Source: Dehalococcoidia bacterium (GTDB lineage Bacteria > Chloroflexota > Dehalococcoidia > UBA2979). From it: a DNA stretch of 64,000 nt. The position numbers and the translations under genes are program-made. The notes under the pieces were generated by a model. That model was not told the DNA's origin. It worked only from the letters and a program-made list of their open reading frames with translations, and did no database searches. Below are positions 58,070 to 64,000 of the stretch, one piece after another (within the stretch, counting starts at the first letter, position 1; every line of letters begins with the position of its first letter). The stretch covers positions 1,632,001-1,696,000 of the forward strand of contig OZ253555.1 of the NCBI GenBank assembly GCA_965262725.1. The letters run 5' to 3'.

Positions 58070-58597
58070 GTCTGGGCGTAGCCTTCTCCTCGTCAGCAGT
58101 GCGTTTCGCCGGTACCGCCAACTCCAGGGAGAAGAGAAACCGGCACGGATCGCTCATCCGGGACGCAGGCACGGATCACCCTCACCCGAGGCAACGAGCA
58201 GAGCTCTCCGCGGCAGGCATCGAATCGAGCAGACAGGGCAACCCGGGGACGAGTGACGGTAGGGGAGGTGCACGAGCGGCAGGGAAGGCAGCGAGACAGC
58301 GACGCGGCGGACCGAGAGGTTCGACAGACGGAGGAGGACAACCGAGGAAGACGAATGAAGCGGACCGGCCCCGGTTCGCATAGAGGCGACCACGAGCGAC
58401 GACTGAGACCCGAGGCCTCGCAGAGGCGAGCTGCGGCATCGCCCCGCGCGTGCCGCGGGTCGGGTGTCGGCGGCGAAGCGGCCCCGTACGGCTCCCGTGC
58501 CACGGGGCTTTTCTGTGCCGGGGAGAAGAGGGGCGATCGGATTCAGGACCGTCCGGCCGCGATGGGCCGGGACGGAGCAGCAGGAAGGGAGAATCGA

Positions 58598-59221
58598 ATG
58601 GCAGGCAGGAAGAAGAGCCGGAGGGGCCGGGCCGCGGGGCCGGTGGCCCGCATGCGGAGCTGGTGCGGCCGGCGGTTCACGGCGATGCGGAGCGCGTGTG
58701 CCGCACGCAGGCGGCCGTGGCGCCCGACGGTCGAGGCGGACGTGGACGGAAGACAGGGGCGACGCCTCAGGCGTGCGATCACGCGCGTGACGCGGGATCA
58801 CCTCCGCGGACTCGGCGTGGCGCCGCCCGGGCACCTGCTCGTGGTGGTGCAGCGCACGGTCACGCTCGAGGAGCGTCCGCTGGAGTCGCTGCTGCAGGTG
58901 TTCGAGGACGCAGAGGGCCACAGGCGGCACGTGCTCTTCCTCGCGCTGACGGCATCAGGCCGGGACGTGGACGACGAGGAGCTGCTGGCGACGCTCAGGC
59001 AGCAGCTCCAGCGCGTCGTGGCCCCGCAGCTCGGAACGCCCGTCAGCATGCCGCGGGAGCCGGAGCGGGTTCGGCCCGAGCAGGAGCCGGCGCCGGAGCC
59101 GGCACCGGCGGAACCGACCCCGTGGGTGGGCCCGTTCGAGAAGGAAGCATCGCCCCTGGAGGCGTTCGAGGGCCGCAACGGCGCATTCGCCGCAGCGGCG
59201 GGAAGGAGTGATGGAAGGTGA
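58598..59221 (+). CDS. Hypothetical protein (start uncertain)
   Basis: GGGAGA RBS before ATG 58598; GTGA overlap with the next gene. Confidence 0.55.
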   Translation: MAGRKKSRRGRAAGPVARMRSWCGRRFTAMRSACAARRRPWRPTVEADVDGRQGRRLRRAITRVTRDHLRGLGVAPPGHLLVVVQRTVTLEERPLESLLQVFEDAEGHRRHVLFLALTASGRDVDDEELLATLRQQLQRVVAPQLGTPVSMPREPERVRPEQEPAPEPAPAEPTPWVGPFEKEASPLEAFEGRNGAFAAAAGRSDGR

Positions 59222-60204
59222 CGCAGGAAATCGTGCTGACGAGTCTGGGTGAGCTGGCAGGGGTCCGCGGGTTGTTCGCGGAGGTGGGGCCGGTCCCCGG
59301 GACGCGGGCGCTCGTGCCCGTGATCCGGCGCAGCGGACCGGAGGAGATCGAGGCGCTCACGCGGGCGGCGCGGCGGGCGCTGGACGAGCTGCAGGTGCTG
59401 CTCGCCCGTGACGGCGAGCGCCGCCGGGAGGCGGAGCAGGGTCTCGGCCGCCTCAGGGCGCTCCAGGGCGAGGCCGCACGGCTGCGGGGGGTCGCCTCGG
59501 AGCTGGCCGAGGCCGCGGGCCGTGCCGGCGCACTCGCGCGGTCGGCCTTCGAGCCCGCCGCCGGGCAGCGCGCGGAGGGCGTCGCGGGGGCGGCTCAGCG
59601 GCTCGTGAACCAGGCCGAGGCGCACGCCGCCGTGCTGGAACGAGAGGCCGCGGCGCTCGCCGGGAGTGAGGACATCGCCCGACTGCTGGCGGAGGAGCAG
59701 GCGCAGGAAGAGGAGGTGAGGATGCGAAACGAGCTGGAGCTGGCCGGGGACCACCTGGACGGCGGAAGGATTGGTGAGGCCCGGCGGCTGCTGGTTTCCG
59801 TCGAAAAGAACATCAGCAGCGTGCCGGACCTCGAACTAACGTTCGCAACGCTACGGCGGCGCGAACAGGACGTCAAGACCAGGGCCGCGGAGGCGGCGCT
59901 CCGCGAGGCGCGGCGCCTGTACCGGCGCGAGCCGGCCCGGGCGATCGAGCTGCTCGAATCCGCCGAACTGGACGGGCTGCCGGACGAGCTGGCACGCCAC
60001 CTCTACGGCTGCTGGCTCACCGCCTGCCGCCGCCTGGAGCTGCTGGCCGCGATCCACTACCGCGCCGGCTTCGGCCGCGGGGCCGTGCTGATCCCCACCG
60101 CGGACGGCGGCTGGGAGGTCGTCTCGGCGCTCGGCCTCAGGCGCTGGGAGCGCGGCCGCCGCTTCGCCCCGCAGGCGCTCCGGGGTGCACGCCCGCTCGC
60201 CTGA
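59218..60204 (+). CDS. Coiled-coil hypothetical protein
   Basis: Ala/Glu/Arg-rich helical ORF in the operon. Confidence 0.65.
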   Translation: MTQEIVLTSLGELAGVRGLFAEVGPVPGTRALVPVIRRSGPEEIEALTRAARRALDELQVLLARDGERRREAEQGLGRLRALQGEAARLRGVASELAEAAGRAGALARSAFEPAAGQRAEGVAGAAQRLVNQAEAHAAVLEREAAALAGSEDIARLLAEEQAQEEEVRMRNELELAGDHLDGGRIGEARRLLVSVEKNISSVPDLELTFATLRRREQDVKTRAAEAALREARRLYRREPARAIELLESAELDGLPDELARHLYGCWLTACRRLELLAAIHYRAGFGRGAVLIPTADGGWEVVSALGLRRWERGRRFAPQALRGARPLA

Positions 60205-60355
60205 CCCCCTCGTAGCCACCGGCACCGCCGTCATCTTCGGGGCCGCCTTCGGGCGGCCCCGATGTCGTCGTGTCCATGCGTGGGCGAGATGCGTCCGCCC
60301 GCGGGCGCGAAGCGATCGGCTGGTGTCCAGCGAGTGTCCGAGGAAGGAGTGCGAC

Positions 60356-60658
60356 ATGCAGAGGGAGAATCGCTTCCGGCAGGCGGTGCGAGCCGTCTGG
60401 GAACGCAGCTACGAGCAGTACCTCGGGTGGCCCGAGGAGCGACGCGAGGCGGCGAAGCCCGCCGTCTCGGCACTGCTCGCCCGGCTGGGCGAGTGCGACA
60501 GCGTGGCGGAGCTTCATCTCCGCTACTGGGAGTCCGGTGACCCGCCGGGGGTGCTGCTCGGGCGGCACCTGCCGGGCGGATGGGGCGCCGGCGCGAGGCT
60601 CACGCTCGAGGAGGCCTGCTTCCGGCGGCGCCTGCTCGAGCTCACCCGCGGTGGCTGA
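60356..60658 (+). CDS. Hypothetical protein
   Basis: AAGGAG RBS before ATG 60356; overlaps the primase start. Confidence 0.6.
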   Translation: MQRENRFRQAVRAVWERSYEQYLGWPEERREAAKPAVSALLARLGECDSVAELHLRYWESGDPPGVLLGRHLPGGWGAGARLTLEEACFRRRLLELTRGG

Positions 60659-61739
60659 GCTCTACGACATCGAGGCGATCCGGGCTCAACACCCGATCGC
60701 GCACGCGGTCTCGGGCGCCGGAGTGGAGCTCCGGCGCTCGGGCCGCCGCCTCGTCGGGCTCTGCCCGTTCCACGAGGACCGCACCCCGAGCCTCGTGGTC
60801 TACGAGGAGTCGGGCAGCTACTTCTGCTTCGGCTGCGACGCGGGCGGCGATGTCTTCGACTTCGTCGGCCGCCTGCAGGGAATCGGGTTCCGGGAGACGG
60901 CCGCCCTGCTCGCAGGAAGCGCCGCTGGGGGTCACCCGCCGCCCGCCGCCGACCTGCGATCCCCGCTGCGGCGAGCGGTCCGGGCGGTGGCCGCGGACGA
61001 GGCGGCGGTCATCGAGGCCGCCGCCTCCCTCTACGCCGGGCAGTACGGGCGCAGCCGCGAGGCCCGCTCGTACGTCCGCGGCCGCGGTATCGACGACGGC
61101 GTGGCTTCCGGGCTGCGCGTCGGCTTCGCGAGCGGCGGGCTCGCCCGTCACCTGGAGCGCTCGAGGCTCGGGCTCGACACGGCCCGGGGGCTCGGGCTCC
61201 TGAGCGGCGATCGCGACGCGCTCGCCGGGCGGATCGTCGTCCCGGACCTGGACGCCCGGGGCCTGGCGACCTGGCTCACCGCGCGGTCGCTCGACGGCCG
61301 GGAGCCGCGCTACCTCAACCTGCGCCTGCCGTCGCCGCTGCTCGGCCTGGAGCAGGTACGCCGGGCCGGGGCCGCGGCCGCCGTCGTGACCGAGGGTCCC
61401 TTCGACTGGCTGACCCTCTGCGCGTGGCGGCTGCCGGCCGTCGCGCTGCTCGGCACCCACGTCTCGCGGGAGGCGCTCGCCGCCCTCCGCTCGCTCGGGC
61501 GCGTCTACCTCGCGCTCGACGCCGACCACCCCGGCCGTCAGGCCGCCGACCGCCTCATCTCCGCGCTCGCGGAGCGGGCGACCGTCGTGCCGCTCCCCGG
61601 TGGGGCGCACGACCTCAGCGAACTGGGACGGCGCCGCGATGGACGCGCGGCGTTCCTGCGTTCGCTCCACGAAGCACGCGAAGGAGAGAAGGAATCATGG
61701 CTGAAGTCAGACGCAGGGCGACGCGCACGCGCCGCCTGA
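60651..61739 (+). CDS. DnaG-like primase (CHC2 zinc finger + TOPRIM), mobile-element type
   Basis: CPFHEDRTPS..CFGC..GGDVF, YVRGRGI, RYLN, VTEGPFD, LALDAD..G. Confidence 0.9.
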   Translation: MAELYDIEAIRAQHPIAHAVSGAGVELRRSGRRLVGLCPFHEDRTPSLVVYEESGSYFCFGCDAGGDVFDFVGRLQGIGFRETAALLAGSAAGGHPPPAADLRSPLRRAVRAVAADEAAVIEAAASLYAGQYGRSREARSYVRGRGIDDGVASGLRVGFASGGLARHLERSRLGLDTARGLGLLSGDRDALAGRIVVPDLDARGLATWLTARSLDGREPRYLNLRLPSPLLGLEQVRRAGAAAAVVTEGPFDWLTLCAWRLPAVALLGTHVSREALAALRSLGRVYLALDADHPGRQAADRLISALAERATVVPLPGGAHDLSELGRRRDGRAAFLRSLHEAREGEKESWLKSDAGRRARAA

Positions 61740-62371
61740 GCCGGGCTGCGCTTGAGCAGCTGGCACATCCGCTCGACCCGGCACTCGTGTCGGAGCGCAT
61801 CACCGAGGACGGAGAGATACTCCGCTACGTCGAGGGCTGGCGTGCCATCGAGCAGGCCAACGCGGTCTTCGGACACGACGGCTGGGGGGCCGAGGTCGTG
61901 GGCGAGGTCGCCTACCGACCGCTGCCCGCGGACGACCGTGGCGACAACGCTCCTGCCGGCATCTACACGGCGACCGTCCGGGTCGCCGCCCGGGGCTGCC
62001 CGCCGCACAGCGACGTGGGCACGGCCGCCGCCCGGAACCAGTCGGCACAGGAACACGCGGCCGCCTCCAAGGCCGCCGTCACCGACGGGCTGAAGCGCGC
62101 GCTGCGGCACTTCGGGGCGCGCTTCGGCAACGGGCTCGGCGCCGAGCCGGCCGGGGCGGCATCGCTCGCGGCCGGTACGCGGCCCGATGAACTCCGGCGC
62201 CGCGTGATCGAGATCGCGGCGAGCGCGGGATCCGACGAGACCCGCACCCAGAGCTGGGTCGAGCAGCGCTACGGGCGCCCGCTCGCAGAGCTCGACGCGT
62301 CCTCGCTCCTCACCTGCGTGGACGCGCTCACGCGCGGACTCCACCGCCGCAACGGGGCGCGGGCGGCCTGA
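61697..62371 (+). CDS. Rad52/Rad22 (Sak-like) ssDNA-annealing protein
   Basis: YVEGW..I..AN.VFG..GW, D.G, K.AVTDGLKRALR.FG..FGN. Confidence 0.85.
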   Translation: MAEVRRRATRTRRLSRAALEQLAHPLDPALVSERITEDGEILRYVEGWRAIEQANAVFGHDGWGAEVVGEVAYRPLPADDRGDNAPAGIYTATVRVAARGCPPHSDVGTAAARNQSAQEHAAASKAAVTDGLKRALRHFGARFGNGLGAEPAGAASLAAGTRPDELRRRVIEIAASAGSDETRTQSWVEQRYGRPLAELDASSLLTCVDALTRGLHRRNGARAA

Positions 62372-62375
62372 ACCG

Positions 62376-62585
62376 ATGGCCTACCGCCCCAGCCGCGTCA
62401 TCGAGACGCGCCACGGACGCTACGACGTCGCCTGGATCCCGCTGCCCGAGTGCCCGATCCCGGGCTTCCGGGCCTGCCTCATCCAGGCCGTCGACGCCGA
62501 TCGCCCGCCGACACGGGCGATCCGACTCACGCTCTACGAGCGTCTGGGCCCACCCCGCGACGGGGACGACCCCGGTGCGGCGTAG
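62376..62585 (+). CDS. Small hypothetical protein
   Basis: 69-aa ORF tightly packed between rad52 and ardC. Confidence 0.45.
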   Translation: MAYRPSRVIETRHGRYDVAWIPLPECPIPGFRACLIQAVDADRPPTRAIRLTLYERLGPPRDGDDPGAA

Positions 62586-63477
62586 ACAGCCGGGCGGCCG
62601 GACCGACCCCTACCAGGAGATCACCGGCCGCATCATCTCCGCGCTTGAGCGCGGCACCGTGCCGTGGCGCACGCCGTGGCGCGTACGCGGGCATCGCAAC
62701 GCCCGCTCCAACCGCCCCTACCGCGGCATCAACACGCTGGTCCTCCAGATGACCGCGCTCGAGCGCGGCTGGAGCGACCCGCGCTGGCTCACCTACCGCC
62801 AGGCCGAGGCCGCGGGCGGACACGTCCGCCGCGGCGAGCACGGCACCCGCGTCGTGCTCTGGAAATGGATCGAGCGGAGGGACCCGGAGGACCCCGAGCG
62901 GGTGGAGCGTTTCCCGCTCATCCGCCTCTACGCCGTCTTCAACGTCGACCAGTGCGAGGGCGTGACGTTGCCCGCACGGGTGGACGGCGGCTGCACGGAT
63001 CCGCTGGAACGCGCGGAGGCGGTGATCGCGGGCTACCAGGACCCACCGACGCTCCACTGGGACGCCGAGGGCGCCTACTACGTCCCCGAGCACGACGAGG
63101 TGCACGTGCCGCCGCGCGCAGCCTTCTCGGATGCGCACGGCTACTACGCGACGCTCTTCCACGAGCTCGCCCACTCCACCGGTCACCCGAGCCGACTCGC
63201 GCGCGAGGGCTACCGGACGGCCGCCCGCTTCGGCTCCGAGCGCTACTCGCAGGAGGAGCTTGTGGCGGAGTTCGCGGCCGCCTTCCTCGGGAGCGAGGCC
63301 GGGATCGACCCCTCGAGGGTCGATCAGTCCGCGGCCTACATCGCCTCGTGGCTGCGCGTGCTCGACGACGACCGACGCCTGGTCGTGGTCGCCGCCGCGC
63401 AGGGGCAGCGCGCCGCCGATCACATCCTCGGGCGAAGTCCCGGGACGCCGGGGGAGGCGGCGGCAGAGACAACGTGA
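62575..63477 (+). CDS. ardC: ArdC-family antirestriction / ssDNA-binding zincin protein
   Basis: IT..II..LE.G..PW..PW, YRGIN, WLTYRQ, VFN.DQ, AYY.P..D.V.VP, HELAHSTGH, YS.EELVAE. Confidence 0.9.
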   Translation: MRRRQPGGRTDPYQEITGRIISALERGTVPWRTPWRVRGHRNARSNRPYRGINTLVLQMTALERGWSDPRWLTYRQAEAAGGHVRRGEHGTRVVLWKWIERRDPEDPERVERFPLIRLYAVFNVDQCEGVTLPARVDGGCTDPLERAEAVIAGYQDPPTLHWDAEGAYYVPEHDEVHVPPRAAFSDAHGYYATLFHELAHSTGHPSRLAREGYRTAARFGSERYSQEELVAEFAAAFLGSEAGIDPSRVDQSAAYIASWLRVLDDDRRLVVVAAAQGQRAADHILGRSPGTPGEAAAETT

Positions 63478-63644
63478 CCCGGTCGAGAGCGGAGATGCGC
63501 GGCGGAGCGGGGTGGCGCTCGGAGCGATCGATGTCGCCGGGGACCTCCGCCCGCCGCGCGCCGCGCACCGCGGGATCACGCCGGACCGGACGCCCCGCTC
63601 CGGCCCCACCACCCATGACAGCACCGAGAGAGAAGGAGAACCTG

Positions 63645-63962
63645 ATGCCACGACGGATCATCTGCTGGGAGATCACCGACGCGTTCTCGAAGTTCGGCTT
63701 CGACGACGGCGATGGTCCCAACTTCACCGACGAGGTTGTCGCCGCCATCGAGGCGGCTGGCCCCTACCGCTGCCGCACCCAGATCTGGGGGCTCCACAAC
63801 TACGGGATCGAAGCGATCGAGGAGGAGGTCTCGCCGGAGGAGTGGGTGCCCGTCGCCGAGTTCGACGGCTACGAGCTGCCACCCTGGGAGAACCTCCCGG
63901 AACCGGTGCGCGACGCGCTCGTCGCCCTCAACGACGGCGAGCCGTTCGCGTGGCGGCTCTGA
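63645..63962 (+). CDS. Hypothetical acidic protein
   Basis: AAGGAG RBS; MPRRIICWEITDAFSKFGFDDGDG... Confidence 0.6.
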   Translation: MPRRIICWEITDAFSKFGFDDGDGPNFTDEVVAAIEAAGPYRCRTQIWGLHNYGIEAIEEEVSPEEWVPVAEFDGYELPPWENLPEPVRDALVALNDGEPFAWRL

Positions 63963-64000
63963 GCGGGTCGCTCGCGACAGCGGCCGGACAGGCAGAACCT

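Noticed and set aside
1-64000. CRISPR array or cas genes
   Set aside because: No regularly spaced repeat-spacer array or cas motifs seen by eye

Overview
High-GC accessory region, probably from a Chloroflexota- or Actinomycetota-like bacterium (inferred from GC content and gene families). It is built from nested and decayed mobile elements and has no housekeeping genes. Left to right: an IS5 end inserted in a PD-(D/E)xK-like gene; a complete BREX locus (brxE-brxA-brxB-brxC-pglX-pglZ-brxL) whose PglX is cleanly split into one methyltransferase subunit plus two tandem specificity subunits with divergent target-recognition regions and near-identical C-termini; an IS110 remnant keeping a bridge-RNA-like leader; and a tRNA-Arg 3' fragment (att site). 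Next is a minus-strand defence-like cassette (SMC/TrlF-like ATPase, soluble histidine kinase, receiver-kinase, three TIR/ThsB-like proteins, small membrane protein), then a full Tad/Flp pilus cluster with a LysM-BTAD protein and a divergent SARP regulator, an ABC transporter, a HEPN-STAND-TPR protein, a second tRNA fragment with a cpaB remnant, and HEPN and EEP nucleases. The right part holds a group II intron inserted in an IS21 terminal repeat and an ICE/plasmid-type primase-Rad52-ArdC module. The best candidates for undescribed systems are the split, dual-specificity BREX and the ATPase-HK-REC-kinase(-TIR) cassette. All calls come from motifs read by eye; no database searches were run.
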